64,000 bases of DNA, from the NCBI GenBank assembly GCA_903891415.1, contig CAITEH010000052.1:3727-67726 (forward strand). The letters run 5' to 3'. Under the pieces are notes generated by a model. It saw only the letters and a list, made by a program, of their open reading frames with translations, was not told where the DNA came from and did not search any database. Below are positions 18,077-27,107 of the stretch, in pieces. This DNA comes from Candidatus Firestoneibacteriota bacterium (lineage in GTDB: Bacteria > Oederibacteriota > D2-FULL-39-29). Within the stretch, counting starts at the first letter, position 1, and each line of letters starts with the position of its first letter. The position numbers and the translations under genes are program-made.

Positions 18077-18567
18077 AGAAATTTAAGGTTGTTTTTGATA
18101 CGAACGTCTATATTTCAGCAACAGTCTTTCCCGGGGGCATACCAGAAGAACTCTTAAAACTGGCTTTTTCCGGCGAACTTTTACTCGGTGTCTCAAAAGA
18201 TATATTGGAAGAGCTTTCAAATGTCTATCTTAGAAAATTTCATTTAAACAGCCGGGCTGTCAATGACCAGGTCAAAAGGATCTTGAACAATGCTGAATTG
18301 ATTGAACCGGGTGAGAAGATAACTGCAATAAGATCCGACAAGAGCGACAATATGATATTGGAATGCGCCGTTGCATACGACGCCGATGTAATAGTCTCAG
18401 GTGATTCGCATCTTTTAGAACTGAAAAAGTACAGGAGTATTTCCATACGGAAACCTGCAGATTTCTTGCGCGTGTATGGTTCCCTCGATGAAAAGAAAGG
18501 AAATATTACAGGAGAAAAACGGTCAAAATACCTGGTAAAAACGCGGGGAAGCCGAATCCGCGTTTAG
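18073..18567 (+). CDS. PIN-domain putative toxin
   Basis: VVFDTNV, ILEEL, SDNMILECA, IVSGDSHLL. Confidence 0.9.
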   Translation: MKKFKVVFDTNVYISATVFPGGIPEELLKLAFSGELLLGVSKDILEELSNVYLRKFHLNSRAVNDQVKRILNNAELIEPGEKITAIRSDKSDNMILECAVAYDADVIVSGDSHLLELKKYRSISIRKPADFLRVYGSLDEKKGNITGEKRSKYLVKTRGSRIRV

Positions 18568-18746
18568 AACAATAGACAATAGAAAATTGAAAATAAGCTG
18601 CATTTGAAAACCCGGTATTGCCGGTATGAAAAATAGGTTGCGGAAATTATATTAAACTAAATTAAAAAGAGGTACGGCTTTTGAGTTCGTCCCTCTTTTA
18701 ATTTCTCTATTTTCTATTCTCGGTTGTTCTATTGCTCTGTTCTAAA
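18563..18746. repeat. Inverted heptamer-array cassette with central bidirectional terminator
   Basis: TTTAGAAC / GTTCTAAA outer IR. AATAGAC AATAGAA AATTGAA versus TCTCTATT TTCTATT GTTCTATT. Hairpin AATTAAAAAGAGG..CCTCTTTTAATT at 18660-18703. Confidence 0.75.
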
Positions 18747-20220
18747 AGGGATTTTCCCCTTTGTAAAGAGTGCCCGCGGGCAGGGGATGCGATATTTCTT
18801 TTACCCCGAGCATCTTTACTGCTTCAAATAATGTTTTTCCGCAGTGTTTAAAAGCAAGTGCTGTGTGATGCGGGTACCGGCGGCCGATAAGAATATGCCG
18901 GTAAAATCTATCCATCTCTTTAACGGCAAGGACTCCGATGCTGCCGAAAGACTTCGGATCAATATCAAGGGATTCTCCTTCTGCTATATAGCTTCTAAGA
19001 TCCCCCTCTATAGCGCCCTGTAATCTGAAAATAGTTACAGGCCCGCTCTTAAGTTTTCCTTCCATAGAACCTCTTGTGATATTTGGTTCTGCATCCGGTT
19101 CCAGGAGCCGTTTCATTATTAATTGATATTTAAGGTTCCACCCGTCGAGCAGGCAGGAAGCGGTATTGCCGCAGTGAAAGCCCATGAAAAGGTCTTTAGG
19201 CGCGTAACCGGAAACTTTTTTACCCGCGGCCTTGTACATATCGTGCGGTACCGTGTTATTAATATCCAGAAGTGTTACCGGATAGTCAGTCGCGGTACTG
19301 GCCATATATTCCGAAAGGGCGCCGTAGATATCTACTTCACAGGAAACCGGTATGCCCTGTGCGGCCAGGCGGGAATTATTATAACAGGGGACAAAACCAA
19401 AATACTCCTCAAAAGCCGGCCAGCATTTATTGGCGAAGACGCCGAACTCCGAAGCGCCCAGATTTTCCCGCATGAATTTCTTCAGCGCAACCTCAAATTG
19501 CGCCTGTTTCGCCACCAGGTCAGGATAAATATTTTTCTTTCCGAGTTCCAGGGCTATAGCTTTTGCCGTTTCTTTTACTTCGGGGTTTTTTTCCGCTTTT
19601 AAAAATATATCATACAGGTCGAGTTCGGAATTTTCCATGACCTCGACGCCGATATCGTAAAGTTGTTTGATCGGGGCGTTACAGGCAAGAAAATCCTGCG
19701 GGCGCGGCCCAAAAGAGAATATTTTTAATTTTTTGATTCCGAGCAAAACGCGGGCAACGGGGATAAAATCCGCGATCATCTCCGCTACCTCGCCCGGAGT
19801 TCCTACGGGAGATTCCGGGATATACGGCCGCAGGTGCCTGAGATTTAAATTGTAGGAAAGGTTGAGCATGCCGCAGTAAGCATCGCCCCGGCCGTTGATG
19901 AGATCCTTGCCTGTATCTTCAGCCGCGCCCGCGACCATTACGGGACCGTCAAATTTTTGAATAAGCAGGGTTTCCGGAGTTTCCGGCCCGAAGTTCCCGA
20001 GATAAACGACAAGCGCGTTACAGCCTTTGGACTTGAGCTCTTCCAGGGCTTTTGCAAGATCTTTTTCACTCTCAACAATAGTTCCTATATTGGCAATGCT
20101 GAGCTTTTTCTTTTTGCATTCCTCTGCAACTTTATCCCTTCTTTTTCTGGAGAGCTCAATGGGGAAACACCCGCGGGAAACCGCTATGATCCCGAGCTTT
20201 ACTTCAGGTACGTTGTTCAT
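18742..20220 (-). CDS. L-fucose/L-arabinose isomerase family protein
   Basis: SRGCFP, GNFGPE, SCEVD metal ligands, GFHCGN, YPHH. ATG 20220 after GGAGGA. Confidence 0.85.
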   Translation of the reverse strand: MNNVPEVKLGIIAVSRGCFPIELSRKRRDKVAEECKKKKLSIANIGTIVESEKDLAKALEELKSKGCNALVVYLGNFGPETPETLLIQKFDGPVMVAGAAEDTGKDLINGRGDAYCGMLNLSYNLNLRHLRPYIPESPVGTPGEVAEMIADFIPVARVLLGIKKLKIFSFGPRPQDFLACNAPIKQLYDIGVEVMENSELDLYDIFLKAEKNPEVKETAKAIALELGKKNIYPDLVAKQAQFEVALKKFMRENLGASEFGVFANKCWPAFEEYFGFVPCYNNSRLAAQGIPVSCEVDIYGALSEYMASTATDYPVTLLDINNTVPHDMYKAAGKKVSGYAPKDLFMGFHCGNTASCLLDGWNLKYQLIMKRLLEPDAEPNITRGSMEGKLKSGPVTIFRLQGAIEGDLRSYIAEGESLDIDPKSFGSIGVLAVKEMDRFYRHILIGRRYPHHTALAFKHCGKTLFEAVKMLGVKEISHPLPAGTLYKGENPF

Positions 20221-20317
20221 CAGATCCTCCAATTGACCCGCAAGGCAGGGTCCGGTACTGCAGGTACAAGTTTAATGGAGCCGCTCAATAATTGCAAGGG
20301 AAAAACCGGTTTTTAGG

Positions 20318-20797
20318 TTACTCTAAAGCCAGGGTCAGAAGCAGAGCGGCTATTGTCTTTCCGTCGGTTATTTTTCCGGTTTTTATCATTTTTAAGAGTT
20401 TTTTCCGGGTAAACACCTTAACAGTTATTTTTTCGTCATCATCAAGGTTCATTTTTCCGGGTTTCAGATCTGTAGCCTTGTAAAGATGCATCTTTTCGTG
20501 CAAAAAGCCCGGAGAGGAGTAAAAAGCGGCTATTTTTTTCAGGCGGCCCGGCCTGTAGCCGGTTTCTTCTTCAAGTTCCCTTTTTGCGCAAAAAAGGGGG
20601 TCTTCACCTTTTTTTAGTGTTCCCGCCGGCACTTCCCAGGTATTTTGGCCTATGGCAAATCTTGGCTGATTTACCATAATAACCCTGTTTTTATCAAGAA
20701 AAGGAACAATAACCGCGGCGCCGGGATGCTGGACAAAATCTTTATTCTGCCAGGTGTAAACTTTTATCAATTTCCCAGAAAAACGTAATTTCTTCAT
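20318..20797 (-). CDS. NUDIX hydrolase (ADP-ribose pyrophosphatase-like)
   Basis: HPGAA, EVPAG..K.E.P..CAKRELEEETG Nudix box, SSPG. Confidence 0.92.
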   Translation of the reverse strand: MKKLRFSGKLIKVYTWQNKDFVQHPGAAVIVPFLDKNRVIMVNQPRFAIGQNTWEVPAGTLKKGEDPLFCAKRELEEETGYRPGRLKKIAAFYSSPGFLHEKMHLYKATDLKPGKMNLDDDEKITVKVFTRKKLLKMIKTGKITDGKTIAALLLTLALE

Positions 20798-20804
20798 AAG
20801 AGAA

Positions 20805-20833
20805 ATTTTAGCAAAAAAGTCATATAAAATCAA
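20805..20833 (-). promoter_or_regulatory. Promoter of NUDIX gene (leaderless geometry)
   Basis: TTGATT, 17 nt, TGcTAAAAT, then 7 nt to ATG with no SD. Confidence 0.65.
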
Positions 20834-20841
20834 CTAAATAC

Positions 20842-20899
20842 TTGACAATACGTAGTGGAATGCTATATACTTACAGTGGTTGGAAGTGGAGTAAAGTGG
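20842..20899 (+). promoter_or_regulatory. dcw promoter with MraZ boxes
   Basis: TTGACA (20842-47), 18 nt, TATACT (20866-71). AGTGG repeats at 20875, 20885 and 20895 (10-nt period), plus one at 20854. Confidence 0.85.
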
Positions 20900-20911
20900 A
20901 GGTAAAAGCAC

Positions 20912-21364
20912 ATGTTCATGGGAGAATATAAGCACTCGATAGACAAAAAGGGCAGAATAATATTACCCGCAAAATTTAGAGCTGACCTTGCCGAAAAATA
21001 TATTGAAAAATTTGTGATCACAAGAGGCCTTGATGATTGTCTTAGTGTCTATCCTCTTAATGAATGGAAAGTTTATGAAAAGAAATTAAACGAGCTCTCT
21101 TTTAACAATAGAGATACAAGAGATCTCCTCCGCGACCTTTATTCGAACGCTACGGAAACCATTCTGGACAAGCAGGGACGCATGTTTATTCCCGGTGAGC
21201 TCCGGGCAAAAGTCGGAATTGAAAAAGAAGTTTCCATTATCGGTTTACGAAACATTATTGAAATATGGGCGAAAGAAAAGCGTAATGAATATCTTCTTAG
21301 AGCTAAAGATAAGCCGGTTGAAAGTATTGCCCAGAAACTTTTTGATCTCGGGATCATGAAATAA
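20912..21364 (+). CDS. mraZ: Division/cell wall cluster repressor MraZ
   Basis: MFMGEY.HSID.KGR..P.KFR and second D.QGR repeat. Confidence 0.96.
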   Translation: MFMGEYKHSIDKKGRIILPAKFRADLAEKYIEKFVITRGLDDCLSVYPLNEWKVYEKKLNELSFNNRDTRDLLRDLYSNATETILDKQGRMFIPGELRAKVGIEKEVSIIGLRNIIEIWAKEKRNEYLLRAKDKPVESIAQKLFDLGIMK

Positions 21365-22242
21365 TGGACCATGTTTCAGTGCTCCTTGCTGAAACGGTTG
21401 CCTTTGTAAATGCAAGACCGGACGGGCTGTATGTTGACGCGACACTCGGGGGCGGCGGCCATACCAGAAAGCTCCTTGAAAGCTCTCCCCAAAGCAAGGT
21501 AATAGCCCTTGACCGTGATGAGAAGATCCTGGAACTTACCAGAGAAAAATTGAAAGCTCTTAAGGCTCGTGCGGTCTTTGTGAAAGCGAATTTCAGGGAC
21601 CTGGATAAAGTGCTTGCCGGCCTGCAGGTGTTACCGCGTTCTGTGAACGGGTTTATTTTTGATCTCGGGGTTTCTTCTTTTCAACTCGATGATGGGGCGC
21701 GCGGATTTTCTTTCAGAACGGAGGCACCTCTGGATATGCGGATGGGCGGTGACGCGAAGTATGATGCGGCGGCGCTGGTCAATGAACTGCCGCAGGAAGA
21801 ACTGGAACGCCTGATAAGGGCCTTCGGCGGGGAAAATTTCGCCGGGAGAATAGCCAGGGTGATAGTTGAAGAAAGAAAGCTTAAAAGGGTGGCAACAACC
21901 CTGGAACTGGCCAATATAGTGAGTAAAGCGGTGCCTTCCTTCTACCGCCATGGAAAGCTCCACCCGGCAACCAGGACTTTTCAGGCGCTCAGGATAGCCG
22001 TTAATGATGAACTGGGCGCGCTAAAAGAAGGGCTTGTAAAGGCGGCGGCTTATCTGGCCCGGGGCGGGAGAATAGCTGTTATCTCCTTCCATTCTCTGGA
22101 GGACAGGATCGTTAAAGATTATTTCAAGAGTGACGAAACTCTGAAGGTTATTACAAAAAAACCGGTGGTTCCGGACGATGCTGAGACGGCGGAAAACAGA
22201 AGAAGCCGCAGCGCGAAACTAAGGGTGGCCGAGAAGTTATGA
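21364..22242 (+). CDS. rsmH: 16S rRNA m4C1402 methyltransferase RsmH
   Basis: HVSVLL, DATLGGGGH, DLGVSS, PLDMRM, HPATRTFQALRI, SFHSLEDR. Confidence 0.97.
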   Translation: MDHVSVLLAETVAFVNARPDGLYVDATLGGGGHTRKLLESSPQSKVIALDRDEKILELTREKLKALKARAVFVKANFRDLDKVLAGLQVLPRSVNGFIFDLGVSSFQLDDGARGFSFRTEAPLDMRMGGDAKYDAAALVNELPQEELERLIRAFGGENFAGRIARVIVEERKLKRVATTLELANIVSKAVPSFYRHGKLHPATRTFQALRIAVNDELGALKEGLVKAAAYLARGGRIAVISFHSLEDRIVKDYFKSDETLKVITKKPVVPDDAETAENRRSRSAKLRVAEKL

Positions 22243-22544
22243 AAATAATAGTATCTCTGCTTCTCGCAGTGCTCTTTCTGGTTTTCCTTAATCTGGAAAA
22301 TGTCCGTACCGGCTATGAAATAAACAAGCTCGAAAAAAAGAAGGCGGAACTCGCCAATTATAACAGGGTCCTAAATATCGAAATTTCCAGGCTTAGATCG
22401 CTGGAAAGAATAGAAAATGTCGCCCGGAAGGAACTTAACCTGACCACCCCGGATAAATTTGAAACACTTATTCTGGCGCAGAAAGAAGAAACACCCAAGG
22501 GCTTTTTTAATAAAGCCCTTTCGTTTATTTTGAGCATTTTTTAA
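22239..22544 (+). CDS. ftsL: Cell division protein FtsL
   Basis: TM helix plus leucine zipper ending SLERIE..AR..L. Located between rsmH and the PBP. Confidence 0.8.
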   Translation: MKIIVSLLLAVLFLVFLNLENVRTGYEINKLEKKKAELANYNRVLNIEISRLRSLERIENVARKELNLTTPDKFETLILAQKEETPKGFFNKALSFILSIF

Positions 22545-22559
22545 AAGGGGAGGCCTGAG

Positions 22560-24260
22560 TTGGCAGACAGGATGAAGCTACGCATAGTTTTGGTGTCCTG
22601 GGCCTTTATTATTTTTGGCGCCTGCCTGTTTGTGCGGTTTTTATATCTTCAGATCTATACCGGCGGCAAGCTGGGGGATCTTTCAGACCGGCAGTCAGCC
22701 AATGTGCAGGAGATAAACGCCGAGCGCGGTTTCATCTATGACAGTAAAGGCCGCGAGCTGGCCGTGAGCGTTGAAGTTCCCTCGATCTACGCAATAACTT
22801 ATCAGGTAAAAGATCCTCAGGGTACGGCGGAAAAACTTGCCGGAATTCTAAATATTGACAGGATGGAGATCTTAAAGAAGTTCGCTTCCGGAAAGAATTT
22901 TGTCTGGATAGAGCGCAAAGCGGAATACAGCCTGGGAAAACGGATAAAAACTCTGAAACTTCCGGGGATCGGCGTCGTGCTTGAAACAAAAAGATTTTAT
23001 CCGAAAGGCGCGCTATGTGCCCACGCTCTGGGTTTTGTGAATATAGATGATAAGGGCTGTGAGGGCCTGGAACTTTTTTTTAATGAGTACCTGGCGGGCA
23101 AGAACGGCCGGCTGGTTTCGGTCAAAGACGCAAAAGGCCGCGAGGTGGTTTCCGGTGAAGTTACCTATGAGGCGCCGGTGAACGGGGATAATCTGGTCCT
23201 GACCATTGATGAAGGGGTCCAGTCGATAGCGGAAGAAGAACTTAATACCATCTACGAACAGTATCATGCAAAAGAAGCGACGGCGATAGTTATGAACCCG
23301 GCAACCGGTGAAATACTGGCCCTTACTAACAGGCCGAATTATGATCCGAATAATTTTAAAGATTACCCGCTGGCTGCCCTAAAGAACAGGGCGGTTTCGG
23401 TACAGTATGAGCCGGGCTCCACCTTTAAATCCGTGACCATGGCCGCAGCTTTTTCAGAAAAAGTCATAAACGAAAATGACTATATTGACTGCGAAAACGG
23501 CAAGTGGGAAGTTTACGCTCATATAATCAAAGACCACCTTAAATACGGGGTCATGAATTTCCGGGATGTAATAGCCAACTCGAGCAATATAGGTACCGCC
23601 AAGGTCGGCGTACTGCTCGGAAAAGACAGGCTTTTCAAATATGCCCGTAATTTCGGGTTTGGAGATAAGACCGGGATCACTTTGGGCGGTGAATTAAAAG
23701 GCCTGCTCCGCGCTCCGGAAAAATGGTCGGGACTTTCGGTCTATACGATAGCTTTCGGCCAGGAGGTTTCCGCTACCCCTCTTCAGGTGGCTTCACTTTA
23801 CGCGACGATAGCGAACAAAGGCAAGTTAATGCAGCCCATGATAGTTAAAGCCGTAAAGAGCAAAGACGGCAAGCTGGTAAAAGAATTTTTACCCAGAGAG
23901 GTCAGGCAGGCCGTCTCTCCGCAGGTAGCCGAGAGAATGGTCAAGGTATTAAGAAGCGTTGTTGAAACCGGAACGGGAAAAGAAGCCGGGCTGCCCGGCC
24001 TTTCGATCGCGGGCAAGACCGGAACTTCTCAGAAAATAGACCCTCTGACAAAAAAATATTCCGCGAGTAAATATGTGGCTTCCTTCGCCGGATTTGCGCC
24101 GGTGAATAATCCGAAACTTGTTATCCTTGTGGTCGTGGATGAACCGGATAAGGTGTATTACGGCGGAAGCGTCGCGGCGCCTGCCGTGGGAAAAATAGCA
24201 AAAAGAGCGTTAAGATACCTGGAAAAAAAGGATAATTATGATCTTGTCAAAGCTGATTAA
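22560..24260 (+). CDS. ftsI: Class B penicillin-binding protein FtsI
   Basis: RG.IYD, EPGSTFK (SxxK), SSN, GKTGT. TTG start after GGAGG. Confidence 0.93.
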   Translation: MADRMKLRIVLVSWAFIIFGACLFVRFLYLQIYTGGKLGDLSDRQSANVQEINAERGFIYDSKGRELAVSVEVPSIYAITYQVKDPQGTAEKLAGILNIDRMEILKKFASGKNFVWIERKAEYSLGKRIKTLKLPGIGVVLETKRFYPKGALCAHALGFVNIDDKGCEGLELFFNEYLAGKNGRLVSVKDAKGREVVSGEVTYEAPVNGDNLVLTIDEGVQSIAEEELNTIYEQYHAKEATAIVMNPATGEILALTNRPNYDPNNFKDYPLAALKNRAVSVQYEPGSTFKSVTMAAAFSEKVINENDYIDCENGKWEVYAHIIKDHLKYGVMNFRDVIANSSNIGTAKVGVLLGKDRLFKYARNFGFGDKTGITLGGELKGLLRAPEKWSGLSVYTIAFGQEVSATPLQVASLYATIANKGKLMQPMIVKAVKSKDGKLVKEFLPREVRQAVSPQVAERMVKVLRSVVETGTGKEAGLPGLSIAGKTGTSQKIDPLTKKYSASKYVASFAGFAPVNNPKLVILVVVDEPDKVYYGGSVAAPAVGKIAKRALRYLEKKDNYDLVKAD

Positions 24261-25734
24261 GAATATTAAGGCCCTGAAGATCAACGGCAGAGTGGATATA
24301 ACCATTGACGGGATTTATTATGATTCAAAAAAGACCGGACAAAACGGCCTCTTTGTCTGCGTGCCGGGTTTTAAGGTTGACGGGCATGTTTACGCGGCAG
24401 AAGCCGTAGCCCGCGGCGCGGCGGCTTTGATAATAGAAAAAGACGTGCAGCTTTCCGGGGACAGGGCGGTGACCCTTATTTATGTGAAGGATGCGAGAGA
24501 AGCTCTGGCTCTGGCCGCGGCGGAATATTTTGACCACCCTTCGGATAAACTTAAAATGGTCGGAGTAACCGGCACCAAAGGTAAAACAACGACGGCCTAC
24601 CTGCTCAGGTCCATATTTGAAACAAACGGGGAAAAAGCCGGCTTACTCGGGACCATCAAATATGAATTTGGCGGTGAAACGGTTGAATCCAAAAATACCA
24701 CTCCCGAGTCACTGGATCTGCAGGAACTTTTACTTAAAATGGTCGTGAAAAAAATAGAAACCTGCGTGATGGAAGTTTCCTCCCATTCTCTGGAGCTCAA
24801 AAGAGTCTTTGGAATAGAATTTGATGTCGCGGTCTTTACCAACTTTACGCAGGACCACCTGGACTTTCATAAGACCTTTGAAGCTTATCTTGCCGCAAAA
24901 CTCCGGCTCTTTACCGGCCTGGGAAAAAACAACTTGAAATCTTTTCCGAAAGCAGCGGTGGTAAATCTGGATGACCCGAAAGCCCCCGCTTTTATAGCGG
25001 CCTCCGGAGTCCGGGTCCTGACCTACGGGCTAAACGGCGGTTCAAAAGCCGACGTGCAGGCAAAAGATATAAGAGCCGGGGCGGAGGAACTTTCTTTCAC
25101 TATTTCCTATAAAGGAAAAGAATTCCGCGTGGATCTGCAGATGCGCGGCAGGCACAATGTCAGCAATGCCCTTGCGGCAGCCGCGGCCGGGTTTGCTCTA
25201 AATATTCATCCTGAAAATATTAAGGCAGGCCTTGAAAATCTTAAAGGGGTTCCCGGCCGGTTCGAAGTCTATAACACTCTTTCCGGAGCTTCTATCCTTA
25301 TAGATTATGCTCACTCGCCGGATTCACTGGAAAAACTGCTTCTTTCGGTCAAGGACCTGAAGCCGGCACGTATCATAACGGTTTTTGGCTGCGGCGGGGA
25401 CAGGGACAGGGGCAAACGGCCGCTCATGGGCAGGATCGCGGCGGAAAATTCGGATTTTGCGGTAGTCACCTCCGATAATCCGAGAACGGAAGATCCGTCT
25501 GCTATTATAGCCGAGATCAAGGCCGGAATGAACGGCGGAAATTATATAGATATTCCCGACAGAAAAGAAGCTATAAGAACTGCCCTCGATATGGCAAAGA
25601 AAGGAGACATTGTGGTGATAGCCGGAAAAGGGCACGAAGATTATCAGATAATCGGAAAAGAAAAAATTCATTTTTCCGATAAAGAAGTAGCCGAAGAACT
25701 GCTTGCGGCCAGGGGCTTATGGAAAAGATCCTAG
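24238..25734 (+). CDS. murE: UDP-MurNAc-L-Ala-D-Glu:meso-DAP ligase
   Basis: GTKGKTT, MEVSSH, DYAHSPD, SDNPR (DAP specificity), AGKGHE. Confidence 0.96.
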   Translation: MILSKLIKNIKALKINGRVDITIDGIYYDSKKTGQNGLFVCVPGFKVDGHVYAAEAVARGAAALIIEKDVQLSGDRAVTLIYVKDAREALALAAAEYFDHPSDKLKMVGVTGTKGKTTTAYLLRSIFETNGEKAGLLGTIKYEFGGETVESKNTTPESLDLQELLLKMVVKKIETCVMEVSSHSLELKRVFGIEFDVAVFTNFTQDHLDFHKTFEAYLAAKLRLFTGLGKNNLKSFPKAAVVNLDDPKAPAFIAASGVRVLTYGLNGGSKADVQAKDIRAGAEELSFTISYKGKEFRVDLQMRGRHNVSNALAAAAAGFALNIHPENIKAGLENLKGVPGRFEVYNTLSGASILIDYAHSPDSLEKLLLSVKDLKPARIITVFGCGGDRDRGKRPLMGRIAAENSDFAVVTSDNPRTEDPSAIIAEIKAGMNGGNYIDIPDRKEAIRTALDMAKKGDIVVIAGKGHEDYQIIGKEKIHFSDKEVAEELLAARGLWKRS

Positions 25735-27104
25735 TCAAAGAGCTTGCCGGGTGGACCGGCGGGAAACTCCTTAAGGGAGAAGCTTCCGCCCCGGTAACTT
25801 CTATTTCGATAGACAGCAGGTCTTTGAAAGCGGGCGCTCTTTTTGTGGCCATAAAAGGCGCAAAGTTTGACGGCCATAATTTTGTGGAAAAGCTCGCAAC
25901 GGCAGGCGCTTTAGGCGCGGTTGTTAGCCGGAAAACCCCGGGAATAGAAAAATTGGAAATTACGGTCCTTGTTTCCGATACTACGGAGGCCCTGAAAAAG
26001 ATAGCAGCCGGGTACCTAAAAAAACTTGGCAAAATGAAGGTGGCAGGAATAAGCGGGAGTAACGGCAAGACGACGACCAAAGATATACTCGCAGGTATCC
26101 TCGCGCGCTCGAGAAAGACCCACAAAGCAAGAGGAAGCTTTAATAACAATATCGGGCTGCCTTTGACCATACTGGAAACGGACTCCTCTTTTGGAGCGCT
26201 TGTACTGGAATATGGAACGAACCATCCGGGAGAGCTGGCGGAACTTGTAAAAGTAGCCAGGCCTGACGCGGCCGGTATAACCAATATCGGAACAGCGCAC
26301 ATAGGTAATTTTAAGACCCGGGAAAATATACTTAAAGAAAAGTGGGTGCTTTTGGAAAATTTAAAGGAGCACGGGGTAATAGCGCTGAATGCGGATGATG
26401 AACTGCTGGCGGCAAAAAAAGACGGGTTAAGAAATAAGAAATGCCTTACCTTCGGTACAAAAGGCCGGGCGGATCTTCGAGCGGAAAATATCACGGAACT
26501 TCCCGCCGGCGGGACGGTTTTTAAGGTGGCCTGGGATGGCGCCGCGGAGGAAGTAAAATTTGGCCTGCTGGGGCTTCATAATGTAAGCAACGCGCTTTGC
26601 GCGGCTGCGCTTGCGGCGGGCCTGGGCACCGGCCTTAAAGATATAGCCGCGGGCCTTACAGAATTTAAACCTGCCTCGCTGCACCGGCTGGCGGTAAAAG
26701 AAGTGAACGGCATAAAAATAATTGATGACGCGTATAACGCCAATCCTGATTCCGTTAAAGGGGCGCTCGAAACCCTTAAGGTTTTGCGCGCCGCAAGAAA
26801 ATTTATTGTACTGGGCGAGATGGCTGAACTGGGGGAATATTCCCGGGAATTTCATGAATTAATCGGCAGTGAGGCCGCGGCGGTCAGGCCTGACGGCCTG
26901 GTAGCGGTCGGCAGGACCGGCGCATGGTACAGGTCCGGAGCACTTAAAACCGGGCTGGAGGCGTGTAAAGTACATCTTTTTTCCGATAATGAAACTGCAG
27001 GCGTATTTTTGAAAAAATCCCTTAAGAACGGGGATCTAGTTTTAATAAAAGGCTCAAGAACGGCCGGAATGGAAAAGCTGGCGGAAAAACTGACAGGAGA
27101 GTAA
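25719..27104 (+). CDS. murF: UDP-MurNAc-tripeptide:D-Ala-D-Ala ligase
   Basis: SGSNGKTTTK, FNNNIGLP, DDAYNANP, GEMAELG, KGSR. Confidence 0.96.
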   Translation: MEKILVKELAGWTGGKLLKGEASAPVTSISIDSRSLKAGALFVAIKGAKFDGHNFVEKLATAGALGAVVSRKTPGIEKLEITVLVSDTTEALKKIAAGYLKKLGKMKVAGISGSNGKTTTKDILAGILARSRKTHKARGSFNNNIGLPLTILETDSSFGALVLEYGTNHPGELAELVKVARPDAAGITNIGTAHIGNFKTRENILKEKWVLLENLKEHGVIALNADDELLAAKKDGLRNKKCLTFGTKGRADLRAENITELPAGGTVFKVAWDGAAEEVKFGLLGLHNVSNALCAAALAAGLGTGLKDIAAGLTEFKPASLHRLAVKEVNGIKIIDDAYNANPDSVKGALETLKVLRAARKFIVLGEMAELGEYSREFHELIGSEAAAVRPDGLVAVGRTGAWYRSGALKTGLEACKVHLFSDNETAGVFLKKSLKNGDLVLIKGSRTAGMEKLAEKLTGE

Positions 27105-27107
27105 AGC

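Noticed and set aside
20875-20899. 10-nt-period AGTGG repeats as a new repeat family
   Set aside because: These are the known MraZ binding boxes, so they are listed as a feature.
25571-26494. Long antisense ORFs across dcw, secA and other housekeeping genes (e.g. 307 aa here, 311 aa at 47362-48297)
   Set aside because: Shadow frames of well-conserved genes with no motifs or RBS.
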